Positions 1 through 8,029 of a DNA stretch of 64,000 nucleotides are shown here, in pieces. Numbering within the stretch: position 1 is the first letter of the stretch; each line of letters begins with the position of its first letter. Under the pieces are notes generated by a model. The model made no database searches, had not been told where the DNA came from, and worked only from the letters and a program-made list of their open reading frames with translations. Source of the stretch: an uncultured Gammaproteobacteria bacterium (GTDB lineage Bacteria > Patescibacteriota > Patescibacteriia > VMEV01 > CAYQCH01); the NCBI GenBank assembly GCA_964503955.1, contig CAZDCG010000002.1, positions 269,047 to 333,046 on the forward strand, written 5' to 3'. The position numbers were made by a program, and so were the translations under genes.

Positions 1-1194
1 CGAGATCTTATTGTTAAGCGTCGCAAAAATCTTTAGCGGTTGTTCCAGGCTGCCAAGGTGTTCGACAGGTTGATGCCCAAGCTTAAGCGACCATCCTTCG
101 TGCATATAGACTTCCAGTTGAGAAAAGGTGGTTTCTCCGTCCGGAACATATACTTTCTCTGTTTCCAGATACTTGATTGCCTCCCCTTCTCTAATCTTCT
201 GAATTTCAAGATCGTTTAGAGCGCTCTGAAGCTGATCCAGCTTTTCCGCGGTTGTCTGAGCTTGCGCAATATTTCTCGCAAGATCATCAAGACTTGAGTC
301 AAGTTCTTTCCCTTCCTCATCGGGCTTTGATTGGCTCGACGGAAGCTGTTCTGGAATGCGCACCTCTTTGGCCTCTACTGGTTTCAATCGAAAAGAATGG
401 ATATGAAGATCAGGGTATTTCTTAAGCTCCTGGTATAAAACCAGGACATTCTGCACTGCAGAGGGGCTCAGGTAACTCTCTCCAAGCTGAGGCTGCTTTT
501 GCTCGGTGTAATCATAGATGATCGGCGTGTCCAGCTTGCGCGCTGCCGCTTCGTCAGGCGCAACAGAGCGGATAACAAGCCCGTTATTATCGAGCGAATA
601 AAATTCGTCTTTATATCCTAGTAATACAGTTGAAAGCTTTTCCTTGATATGGACCGTAACAGATCGAGTAGACCAGTCACGTTCAAAACGTACCTCTTCC
701 ACGCTGACCAGGTCGTTGATTGCCTTGGCAAGCGGTTCAGACCTGAAAAACAGCATGTGGGAACGCCTTATAAGCAGCCATGATCTTTTTGATATCTGTT
801 CATTGACCAGCTCCTCAAGGGTTTCAGCCGGAACATCTTTGGCTCCTTTAACCGATACGGAATCGTAGTAAAAGGTTGTTTTAAAGAAAAGGAAGCCAAA
901 CCATGTGATTGTGATGCTCAGACAGGCAATTTGCGTAATACGTAAACGGCGGCTGCTCATCCATTGAAAAATCGGCAAACGCACGCGTTTTTTCCTGTAC
1001 GGGTTGCTGAATTCCTTTTTTAATACATCTCGTTTCAGGAATGACCGGGTATTAGGTTCGGGGGCTGAACGGCCTTTAACGGGAAGCTGATAAGCGCTGA
1101 TGGTATCGATTTTACGCAAAAGAATTCTTGCCACTACCCAGATGACATTTTGATGACGGTAAAATTTCCTTTTATAACGCGATCTTGGCTTCAT
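1..1194 (-). CDS. Cell division protein FtsQ/DivIB-like (POTRA domain), 3'-partial (runs off window start). Not in supplied ORF track because its stop is off-window
   Basis: Manual reverse-complement translation from ATG at 1194-1192 gives an uninterrupted 398-codon frame to position 1 (MKPRSRYKRK...). It has a basic cytoplasmic N-terminus and one TM helix (ITQIACLSITITWFGFLFF). Downstream is a POTRA-like segment (DSVSVKGAKDVPAETLEELVNEQ...LLIRRSHMLFFRSEPLAKAINDLVSVEEVRFERDWSTRSVTVHIKEKLSTVLLGY...SLDNNGLVI), then a coiled-coil tail. An alternative start is M at 960. Confidence 0.5.
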   Translation of the reverse strand, partial: MKPRSRYKRKFYRHQNVIWVVARILLRKIDTISAYQLPVKGRSAPEPNTRSFLKRDVLKKEFSNPYRKKRVRLPIFQWMSSRRLRITQIACLSITITWFGFLFFKTTFYYDSVSVKGAKDVPAETLEELVNEQISKRSWLLIRRSHMLFFRSEPLAKAINDLVSVEEVRFERDWSTRSVTVHIKEKLSTVLLGYKDEFYSLDNNGLVIRSVAPDEAAARKLDTPIIYDYTEQKQPQLGESYLSPSAVQNVLVLYQELKKYPDLHIHSFRLKPVEAKEVRIPEQLPSSQSKPDEEGKELDSSLDDLARNIAQAQTTAEKLDQLQSALNDLEIQKIREGEAIKYLETEKVYVPDGETTFSQLEVYMHEGWSLKLGHQPVEHLGSLEQPLKIFATLNNKIS

Positions 1195-1196
1195 AA

Positions 1197-2234
1197 TCAG
1201 GTGCGTCGCCACCCAAAACCTCGGCGGACACGGCGCATGGATTCGATCAGGTAGGTGATGAAATAGCGGCCGGACAAGGGTTTGTCATGAGCCGGGACCA
1301 GATAGCGTGCATCCCCTCCAAAACCTTTTTTAAACGTTGTTATGCCATAAAAAGGATGCTTTTTATTATCAGTGTCGATTACTCCCCAAAAGCTATATTC
1401 TTTGCAGCCGCGCCGTTTTGCTTCGAGGATAGCCTGCCATTGGAGAAAATGCGCCACAGGTATTTTGCTTGGAATAGATGCTCCATGATGATAGGAACCC
1501 GCATTTCCATAATACATGATAATGGCTGAGGCTAATGTTTTGCCATCATGCTCGCCATTAAAAACAAGGACCTGATCGTCATTCCGGAACTGTTTAACTT
1601 GTTCGCGATACAGTTCGTCAGGATAAGCAATAAAAGAGTGCCGTTTATGCGTTTCTTTCATGAGCGCAAGAAAGTGGTCCAGTGCTTCCACTTCCGTAGA
1701 CGTATTGATTTTGACTCCGTCTTTTTCCGCCCGTCGTATGAGATTGCGCGTTGTTTTACGCATTTGCTTGAGCAAATCCTGCTCGTCTTGATCAAGATCC
1801 AGCTTCCAGACGAGCTCTGAAAGCATATGAATGGGCGAAATACGGAAGCCGGCTTGCTTTAACATCTCTAATGCCTCCGGTGTCCGTTCCCAGTATGGAG
1901 AAATACGGATAAAATCGAATTTATGCTCTTTCCCCCACTTTGTCAGATAAGCGAAAAGCATAAACACTGCTTCTTTGTTGAGATTGCGCAGAACCGGTCC
2001 ATACGGAATGAAGAGAAAATTACCTCGCCGGGCCCTGATTTGTTCGACAAGGCAGATACCCATCAGCGTGTTCTGCTCATACAATCCAAGGCGCAATGTA
2101 CGGAATCCCAGAGCTTCATTCATCTCGGCGGCATTCCATGATTGGAGAAATGGGGGCAAATCCTGTTCAAGCAGAAAGTGTTCCCAATCAGCTTTATTTT
2201 CGATGGTTTTGATTTGAACACGTTGATTGTTCAT
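1197..2234 (-). CDS. FemAB-family peptidyltransferase (FemX-like, aminoacyl-tRNA-dependent peptidoglycan branch formation)
   Basis: 345-aa ORF with a FemAB-like two-GNAT-lobe layout and length. Its start overlaps the stop of the upstream gene (ATGA overlap), implying translational coupling in a cell-wall operon. Confidence 0.65.
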   Translation of the reverse strand: MNNQRVQIKTIENKADWEHFLLEQDLPPFLQSWNAAEMNEALGFRTLRLGLYEQNTLMGICLVEQIRARRGNFLFIPYGPVLRNLNKEAVFMLFAYLTKWGKEHKFDFIRISPYWERTPEALEMLKQAGFRISPIHMLSELVWKLDLDQDEQDLLKQMRKTTRNLIRRAEKDGVKINTSTEVEALDHFLALMKETHKRHSFIAYPDELYREQVKQFRNDDQVLVFNGEHDGKTLASAIIMYYGNAGSYHHGASIPSKIPVAHFLQWQAILEAKRRGCKEYSFWGVIDTDNKKHPFYGITTFKKGFGGDARYLVPAHDKPLSGRYFITYLIESMRRVRRGFGWRRT

Positions 2235-3469
2235 AGCTCATTTTCAAGCAAAGCAAGAAGTCGGCTGCGTTGCTGTTTGGTGAGTTTTCGATGCGTAGGA
2301 AGGTTGAGGCTTGTCTTTGAGAGTTTCTCTGCTCTGGGACAAGTTCCCATGGCATACCCTATTTTTTCCCACATAACGGGTTTGGGAACGATAACTTGAT
2401 TATACCAGTCTCCAAGAAGAAATCCCTGTTTCTGAAAGCGAAGAATCATATGTTCCGGGTCTTCAACCTGCAAAGCGAATCGCAGGTAGACAGGGCTTGT
2501 TTGCGGCTCAACCTGCTGAAACGGAATAGCTTTCTTTTCACAGAACTCAGTATAAGCTTTTGCGTGCGCTCTTCTGATTTCATTGAGACGATGCAGCTCA
2601 TCCAGCTGCTGTTTCGCTAATCTGGCCATGCTTTGAGGCATCAGATACATTGTTTCTTTTGACGATTCGCTTGCGTACTCTTCAGGAGAATAAACTTTAT
2701 TGAGAAGGCGCAATCTTTGACAGATTCTAATCAGGATTTGTCCTATTTTAACGTTGTTCTGAAGACGGCTGAAAACAGGCATGAAGGCTGCATGGAAGAG
2801 ATTTTGCAATACCCAAAAACGCCGAGGACTTGGTAAATCACTCGTAATTTCTGCCATTCGCCTATGAAGATCCTGATTGTTGACCAGAGCCGCGCCTCCT
2901 GAAATGCTGGAGATGATTTTATCCCTTCCAAAGCTGAAAATGGCAATATCGCCGAATGTTCCGACAAGCCTGTTTTTGAAACTGGCGCCAAGGGCATGCG
3001 CGCAATCTTCGATCAGGTAGAGCTTATGCTCTTTGCAAATGGAAAGCAGCTCTTCGATATTGCCGGGGATTCCAAATGTATGCTGTACGATGATGGCTTT
3101 TGTTTTCTCCGTGATCAATGATCGCACTTGATTTGGGTCAATATTGTATGTCTTATCAATATCGGCAAAAACCGGCTTTGCGCCGTTCCATATCACCGCG
3201 TGAGGGACAACAAGACAAGTATAGCCCTGGAGAATGACTTCATCCCCTTCCCCTATTCCGCAAGCTTGAATGGCGGCGAATAATGCTTCTCTTCCTTTAG
3301 AAAACGCAAATCCTTTGCCTGAAGCTCCGTGCAGATCTTCAAATGCATGAACAAAAGCTTGTACGTGCTTTCCGGGTCGTTTTCGCAGCCAGGAGCCGCT
3401 TGCCAATAGGCGCAATGAGAGGAGTTGCTGCCGGATCGTGCTGTTTGGGGCATGTGAAATGGAAATCAT
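2231..3469 (-). CDS. DegT/DnrJ/EryC1/StrS-family PLP-dependent sugar aminotransferase
   Basis: GDEVILQGYTCLVVPHAVIW...; the SFGRDKIIS segment is the expected Schiff-base lysine motif (S-F-x-x-x-K). 412 aa, with stop/start overlaps to both neighbours. Confidence 0.75.
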   Translation of the reverse strand: MISISHAPNSTIRQQLLSLRLLASGSWLRKRPGKHVQAFVHAFEDLHGASGKGFAFSKGREALFAAIQACGIGEGDEVILQGYTCLVVPHAVIWNGAKPVFADIDKTYNIDPNQVRSLITEKTKAIIVQHTFGIPGNIEELLSICKEHKLYLIEDCAHALGASFKNRLVGTFGDIAIFSFGRDKIISSISGGAALVNNQDLHRRMAEITSDLPSPRRFWVLQNLFHAAFMPVFSRLQNNVKIGQILIRICQRLRLLNKVYSPEEYASESSKETMYLMPQSMARLAKQQLDELHRLNEIRRAHAKAYTEFCEKKAIPFQQVEPQTSPVYLRFALQVEDPEHMILRFQKQGFLLGDWYNQVIVPKPVMWEKIGYAMGTCPRAEKLSKTSLNLPTHRKLTKQQRSRLLALLENEL

Positions 3470-5082
3470 ACGTTCTTGAGATACTGCCGAAGCATGGCAA
3501 GAATTTTTGCGGCTCCCCTTCCCTCAAACAAAATAATGGTCTGGTCATCGCAAAGCTCAGCCAGGCGCTTTAATTCGCTTTGCTGCAAAAGGCGGTCTTG
3601 TGAAAACCCGGCGGCTAAAAGCTCGTGCTCGATGATATCATGCTGCGGGGTGGAAAGAATCATGGCGTAATTCGCTGTTTCAGCGATTTTTCTCGCGATT
3701 CGGCGATGGTCTTCATTCGCTTGATCCCCAAGTTCAATAACCTGGTCAAATACGACGATTTTGCGTTTTGTGGTTAGCATGGCAAGATCAGTCAATGATG
3801 TCAGAATGCCATAGGTGTTTGCATTATACGTGTCATTGATGATCAAGGATCCATTCAATTCCTGGATCTCCATTGTGCCTGGCAGAGTTGGAAGGTTATT
3901 TAACGCAGACTGAATCGTCTCTTGCGGCAAACCGATTGACCTGGCAACGGCAATCGCACCCGCCAGATTTGTCAGATGGCCGCGGCCAAAGATTGGTGCT
4001 TCGTAATCTGCTCCGTCCAACGAAAAGACTGTTTTACCTGAGGCAAAACGAACGCTCTCGGCCTTAAAATCTGATCCTTCAATGACGCTGAACGTTTTTG
4101 GTAGCATATCCCTTCTTGAGAAGGCCTGCATAAGCGGCTGGCTATCTGCATTGGCAAAAATTTGTTTTTCATCGCCTATTGCTTCAACTAATTCAAACTT
4201 CGTTTGTTCTATTTCCGCGAGAGAACCAAACAACGATAAGTGCTGATTGGACAACCCCGTAAGAACACCGTAGGACGGCGAAACCAGCTCGCAAATGCGG
4301 GCAATCTCCCCTTTTCGATAGGCACCCATCTCAACGACAAAAAACTGATGATCCGGGTGAAGCTCATCAATAATTAACTTTGCAATTCCCGCATCCACAT
4401 TCAGGTGTTCAGGTGTTTTTAGCACCTTATGCGTGGACGAGAGCAAGTGCGAAAGGTAATCTTTCATGGTTGTTTTTCCATAGCTGCCGGTGATCCCGAT
4501 GACAACAAGCTTTGGATGCGATTTGATTTTCTGCCGGGCCTTTGCCATTCGTTTTCTCATAAGCAGCAGATTCGGCAAAAAGGCAATGCCAAAGAGCAAA
4601 AGAACAATGAAGGGCTGAAGAATTTCAAGAACAAGCAATTGTTCCGGCCAGAACTGGTATTGATAGGCAATCCATATCTCCAATGCCAGTGCCGCGACAA
4701 AGAGAAACCAGATTTTTTTTGTGAATGCGGGAAGCCTGAGCATTTTTCGGCGGTATTGATGGATGGAATGGAGAACCTGAACAAGGAAAAAGAGGCTTAG
4801 GGCGACAAAAAGCAAATCAAAGACACCTTTTGGACTTGGGATATTGGCGCGGAGCAAGAGCTCCCAGGCGAGAAGAAATCCGATCAGAACTGAACGGTAG
4901 GAAGAAAAAAATAACTTCCAGAAAACAGGGGTCTTCATTTCATCAAAAATTCTGTCCGGACGATACTGCTTTAGCTGGATATAGTGGAGCCAAATCAAAA
5001 TACTGCGTCCAGCTGCGGCGATCCACAGCAGGCTGAATAGAAAAAGCGCGTACTGAAAATAAAGATGAACGAGTTGATTCAT
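3466..5082 (-). CDS. MurF/MurE-like Mur ligase whose canonical N-terminal domain is replaced by a ~170-aa polytopic membrane domain
   Basis: P-loop VVIGITGSYGKTTMKDYL (Mur-ligase GxTGTNGKTT motif) at about residue 195, then INDTYNAN and GRGHLTNLAGAIAVARSIG (MurF/MurE signatures). The N-terminal 180 aa holds about 5 hydrophobic helices (LVHLYFQYALFLFSLLWIAAAG etc.). The 538-codon frame is open throughout, so the fusion is unlikely to be a start-codon artefact. Confidence 0.7.
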   Translation of the reverse strand: MNQLVHLYFQYALFLFSLLWIAAAGRSILIWLHYIQLKQYRPDRIFDEMKTPVFWKLFFSSYRSVLIGFLLAWELLLRANIPSPKGVFDLLFVALSLFFLVQVLHSIHQYRRKMLRLPAFTKKIWFLFVAALALEIWIAYQYQFWPEQLLVLEILQPFIVLLLFGIAFLPNLLLMRKRMAKARQKIKSHPKLVVIGITGSYGKTTMKDYLSHLLSSTHKVLKTPEHLNVDAGIAKLIIDELHPDHQFFVVEMGAYRKGEIARICELVSPSYGVLTGLSNQHLSLFGSLAEIEQTKFELVEAIGDEKQIFANADSQPLMQAFSRRDMLPKTFSVIEGSDFKAESVRFASGKTVFSLDGADYEAPIFGRGHLTNLAGAIAVARSIGLPQETIQSALNNLPTLPGTMEIQELNGSLIINDTYNANTYGILTSLTDLAMLTTKRKIVVFDQVIELGDQANEDHRRIARKIAETANYAMILSTPQHDIIEHELLAAGFSQDRLLQQSELKRLAELCDDQTIILFEGRGAAKILAMLRQYLKNV

Positions 5083-5084
5083 GG

Positions 5085-5870
5085 CTACGTGGTTGATTGC
5101 CGGCGCACAAAAGCGTCTATTTCCTTCGCAAGCTCTTGCGGAATAAGGCGGACCAGATTATGTTTTTGTCCTTGAAATGTCGTAAGCGTGCTGTTTGGAA
5201 TCAAGGCGTGCATTTTCTCCGCGTCGGACAAAGGCGTGGCACCGTCTTCTGTTCCCCACAAAAGCAGGGTTTCAAGCGTGATTTGCGGCAAGAATGGACT
5301 AAGATCTTCTTCCAATACTTTGACAATAGTCTGCTTCATCACGCCTGTGGCATTGAAATAATCTTTCGATCCCGCCAAACGGTACAAGAGTTTCTTTGCT
5401 GCGGTTTCAGCCATTCTGACTCCAGGAAGGCGGAATAGCTTCTTGCCAGCCCGCGCTGCGATCGACAAAGCTTTCCGTTTAGGCGTGCGGTCATTCGTTT
5501 TGATGCCGGCTGATGCGCAGAGAATCAGCTTTTCAATCTGATAGGCGTGGTTGATTGCATACTTGATGGAAACACGTCCGCCAAAAGAATGGCCGAACAG
5601 GATCATGGACTTGATGTTTTTTGCCTCAAGAAATGCATGTACCCAGTCTCGGTAATCGGAAACCTTCCACGCCTGCGGCGGCGGAGGTGTCTGCCCAAAG
5701 CCGGGAAAATCGGGAACAATGACCGTATACCCATGCTTTGCCAATGCAGGTCCAAGCTCCGTGTAATGCGAAGAATCTGCCGGCCATCCATGAAGCATGA
5801 GAATGGTTCTTGAACCATTCCCCCATTCCCGATAATGCGCTTTTGTTCCGTTAACGGCGACACTGGGCAT
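5085..5870 (-). CDS. alpha/beta-fold hydrolase
   Basis: HGWPADSS...GHSFGG nucleophile-elbow (GxSxG) motif. Start trimmed to the internal Met (MPSVAVNG) because the longer ORF (to 5963) would overlap serS by 92 bp. Confidence 0.6.
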   Translation of the reverse strand: MPSVAVNGTKAHYREWGNGSRTILMLHGWPADSSHYTELGPALAKHGYTVIVPDFPGFGQTPPPPQAWKVSDYRDWVHAFLEAKNIKSMILFGHSFGGRVSIKYAINHAYQIEKLILCASAGIKTNDRTPKRKALSIAARAGKKLFRLPGVRMAETAAKKLLYRLAGSKDYFNATGVMKQTIVKVLEEDLSPFLPQITLETLLLWGTEDGATPLSDAEKMHALIPNSTLTTFQGQKHNLVRLIPQELAKEIDAFVRRQSTT

Positions 5871-5871
5871 T

Positions 5872-7158
5872 TTATTGGTTATTAATCGACTCCTTGCCGT
5901 CCATATACGGACGCAGAGCCTGAGGGATATAGATAGACCCGTCTTTTCTTTGATGATTTTCAAGAAGCGGAATCAGAATACGCGGAGTGGCAACAAGCGT
6001 ATTGTTGAGTGTATGGCAAACCTTCATTTCGTCGCCGTCTTTATAGCGGATATTCAGCCGGCGCGCCTGCCAATCGCCCAGATAGGAAGCAGAATGCGTT
6101 TCCCCGTAACTGTTGCGCGACGGCATCCATGTTTCGATGTCATACATGGAGACCTTTCCTGCTCCCATATCTCCCGTCGCGATGCGTAAGACACGATAAG
6201 GCAGCTCCAGGCTCGAGAGGAAATCCTCCGCGTTTTTGACCAGCTGCTCAAGCATATCAAGACCAGCTTCTTCATCCGCTTTCATGATCACAACTTGCTC
6301 AACTTTCTGGAATTGTTTTACGCGATACAGTCCATGCGCATCCTTGCCATAGCTGCCCACTTCCGTGCGGAAACATGCCGTAGCCGCGCAATAGAGGCGA
6401 GGAAGATGGCCAGACTCCAGCACCTCATCCGCGTGATAGCCGCAAAGAGGCACTTCAGACGTGCCGATCAAATAGAACGGCGGCTCTTCACGGTCCGTTT
6501 TCTGATCAAAGACGCGGAATGTTTCAGCTTCGGCAAAGGGAAAATGCCCGCTCCCCTGAAAAAAGCGTTCCTTTGCCAAAACAGGGACGTTTAGTTGCGT
6601 AAAGCCGCGCTGTCGAAGGAATGAAAGCGCGTATTGCTGCAAGGCCGTTTCAAGCTGAGCAGCTTCGTTTTTTAGCACAAATCCCCTTGTCCCCATGAGT
6701 TTGACGCCTCGCTCGACATCAATCAGGTCATGCATGAAACCAAGTTCGATATGGTCCTTGGGGGCAAAATCAAAGTCAGGCTTCTCCCCGACTTCTCTGA
6801 CAACGGTATTTGCTTCTTCACCTCCAACCGGCGCAGACGGATGAGGAATTTGAGGGATACGCAAAAGGAGGTTCTTGTATTCATCATCCACGTTCTGAAG
6901 AGCATCTTTTGCTGCATGCACTCTATTTGCGATTTCCTTCATCTCACTGATCATCGCCGCTTTTTCTTCTCCTTTTGCTGAGGCGATATTGTCCGAAGCC
7001 CTGTTTTGGACGGCCTTTAGCTCCTCGTATTCTTTAAGCAGATTTCGTCTTGATTCATCCAACTCCAGAAATCTGGACAGATCCAGTTCAATGTTCTTTT
7101 TGGAGATCGCATCTTCTACAAGCTCCCGATGTTCCCGGACAAAGCGAATGTCTAGCAT
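5872..7158 (-). CDS. serS: Seryl-tRNA synthetase
   Basis: N-terminal coiled-coil arm MLDIRFVREH...LDESRRNLLKEYEELKAVQNRASDNIA and class-II core (FRTEVGSYGKDAHGLYRVKQFQKVE; GDMGAGKVSMYDIETWMP). Start set at MLDIRF by homology to the canonical SerRS N-terminus; the 53-codon upstream extension in the ORF track is treated as leader. Confidence 0.9.
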   Translation of the reverse strand: MLDIRFVREHRELVEDAISKKNIELDLSRFLELDESRRNLLKEYEELKAVQNRASDNIASAKGEEKAAMISEMKEIANRVHAAKDALQNVDDEYKNLLLRIPQIPHPSAPVGGEEANTVVREVGEKPDFDFAPKDHIELGFMHDLIDVERGVKLMGTRGFVLKNEAAQLETALQQYALSFLRQRGFTQLNVPVLAKERFFQGSGHFPFAEAETFRVFDQKTDREEPPFYLIGTSEVPLCGYHADEVLESGHLPRLYCAATACFRTEVGSYGKDAHGLYRVKQFQKVEQVVIMKADEEAGLDMLEQLVKNAEDFLSSLELPYRVLRIATGDMGAGKVSMYDIETWMPSRNSYGETHSASYLGDWQARRLNIRYKDGDEMKVCHTLNNTLVATPRILIPLLENHQRKDGSIYIPQALRPYMDGKESINNQ

Positions 7159-7166
7159 ATATGAGC

Positions 7167-7205
7167 AAAAAGCTCGGGAAACGTGTGATATTTCGAGCTT
7201 TTTTG
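7167..7205. promoter_or_regulatory. Hairpin (A5-GCTCG-17 nt loop-CGAGC-T6) 8 nt upstream of serS start codon; possible leader attenuator or bidirectional terminator
   Basis: caaaaagctcg ggaaacgtgtgatattt cgagcttttttg is a stem extensible by A:T pairs, with an A-tract on one side and a T-tract on the other. No Shine-Dalgarno lies between it and the serS ATG. Confidence 0.25.
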
Positions 7206-7295
7206 CGGAAAAATGTGGATGTATCTTACCAGAATTGCCCTGATTTGCCCAGAAATACTTGACATTTAATAAGAAATATGATACAAAATATTTCT

Positions 7296-7300
7296 GGAGG
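7296..7300 (+). promoter_or_regulatory. Shine-Dalgarno GGAGG for small plus-strand gene
   Basis: GGAGG 4 nt upstream of ATG at 7305. A TTGACA at 7258-7263 with an AT-rich downstream region could be a -35/-10 promoter. Confidence 0.35.
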
Positions 7301-7304
7301 TCAA

Positions 7305-7532
7305 ATGAAGAAGTCACGCAAGTATCTGGCTGGGTTTCTGGCTCTTTCGTCCATTCCGATGCTTGGGTTCACCTGGATCCTAAGCATGCACATGATTATC
7401 TTCGCCGGCTTTATCCTCATGGGACCTAAGGAGGAGAAGCTTGGCGAGTCGGTCACGAGGGCCGGCCGGTGGTGGCTTAATATGTCTCTCATCGCTCTGG
7501 CTGGTGTCATCCTGATGAGCCTGCTGCGATGA
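7305..7532 (+). CDS. Small (75 aa) two-TM membrane protein, hypothetical; only plus-strand gene in the window
   Basis: MKKSRKYLAGFLALSSIPMLGFTWILSMHMIIFAGFILMG...WWLNMSLIALAGVILMSLLR. It has a basic N-terminus, two hydrophobic helices, an RBS and a downstream hairpin+T-tract. It lies in the only gap (7159-7601) between minus-strand genes. Confidence 0.4.
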   Translation: MKKSRKYLAGFLALSSIPMLGFTWILSMHMIIFAGFILMGPKEEKLGESVTRAGRWWLNMSLIALAGVILMSLLR

Positions 7533-7550
7533 GCCGGCTGATCAACACCA

Positions 7551-7605
7551 TACTCCGCTTTTGCTCCGTCCTCCCCGGACCTGCGAAAGCGGAGTTTTGC
7601 GTTAT
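7551..7605 (+). terminator. Imperfect long hairpin followed by TTTTG; candidate intrinsic terminator for the small plus-strand gene
   Basis: actccgctttt...aaagcggagtttt with an inner gtcc/ggac stem. Confidence 0.3.
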
Positions 7606-8024
7606 GAAAGCGATTGCCACTCCTCTTCCCTCAGCTTGGACGTTTTGTATAATTCAGGATGATACGCCTCAAGACGCACAATCCGTGCATGGATTCCTCG
7701 CGCTTTCAACTCGCTTTCCAGTTGATCGGTAAACGCTCTCTGATCATACCCAAGCGCGATGATGTCCGGGTTGATTGTTTCGATGATTCTGTACTTATCA
7801 TCCGGATCTCCCAGGTAGGCGGCTTTTACCAGCGGGTGGTTTTCAACCATGTTTTTTCTCTCTGTCTGGCTGAAACGAGGTTGTTTCTGTTTCACTTTAC
7901 GAACCGTGGAATCAAGCGCGATCACGGCATGAAGCTCATTACCAAGAGCTGCTGCCTGGGCAAAAAAATTCTCGTGGCCGGGATGAATACCGTCAAATGT
8001 GCCGAAGACAAGCACTTTTTTCAT
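7602..8024 (-). CDS. Cytidylyltransferase-fold nucleotidyltransferase (closest resemblance to archaeal-type FAD synthetase RibL / TagD-like)
   Basis: FGTFDGIHPGHENFF (HxGH nucleotidyltransferase motif), then ALDSTVRKVKQKQPRFSQTERKNMVE...PDIIALGYDQ, recalled as RibL-like. 140 aa. Confidence 0.55.
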   Translation of the reverse strand: MKKVLVFGTFDGIHPGHENFFAQAAALGNELHAVIALDSTVRKVKQKQPRFSQTERKNMVENHPLVKAAYLGDPDDKYRIIETINPDIIALGYDQRAFTDQLESELKARGIHARIVRLEAYHPELYKTSKLREEEWQSLS

Positions 8025-8029
8025 ACAAT

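Noticed and set aside
7159-7317. 53-codon N-terminal extension of the serS ORF in the ORF track
   Set aside because: Canonical SerRS begins at the MLDIRF-type motif. The extension overlaps a structured leader and has no homology, so it is treated as 5' UTR.
7159-7601. T-box riboswitch upstream of serS
   Set aside because: I searched the minus-strand leader by eye for the conserved T-box core (AGGGTGGNACCGCG) and found no match. Only a simple hairpin is present.
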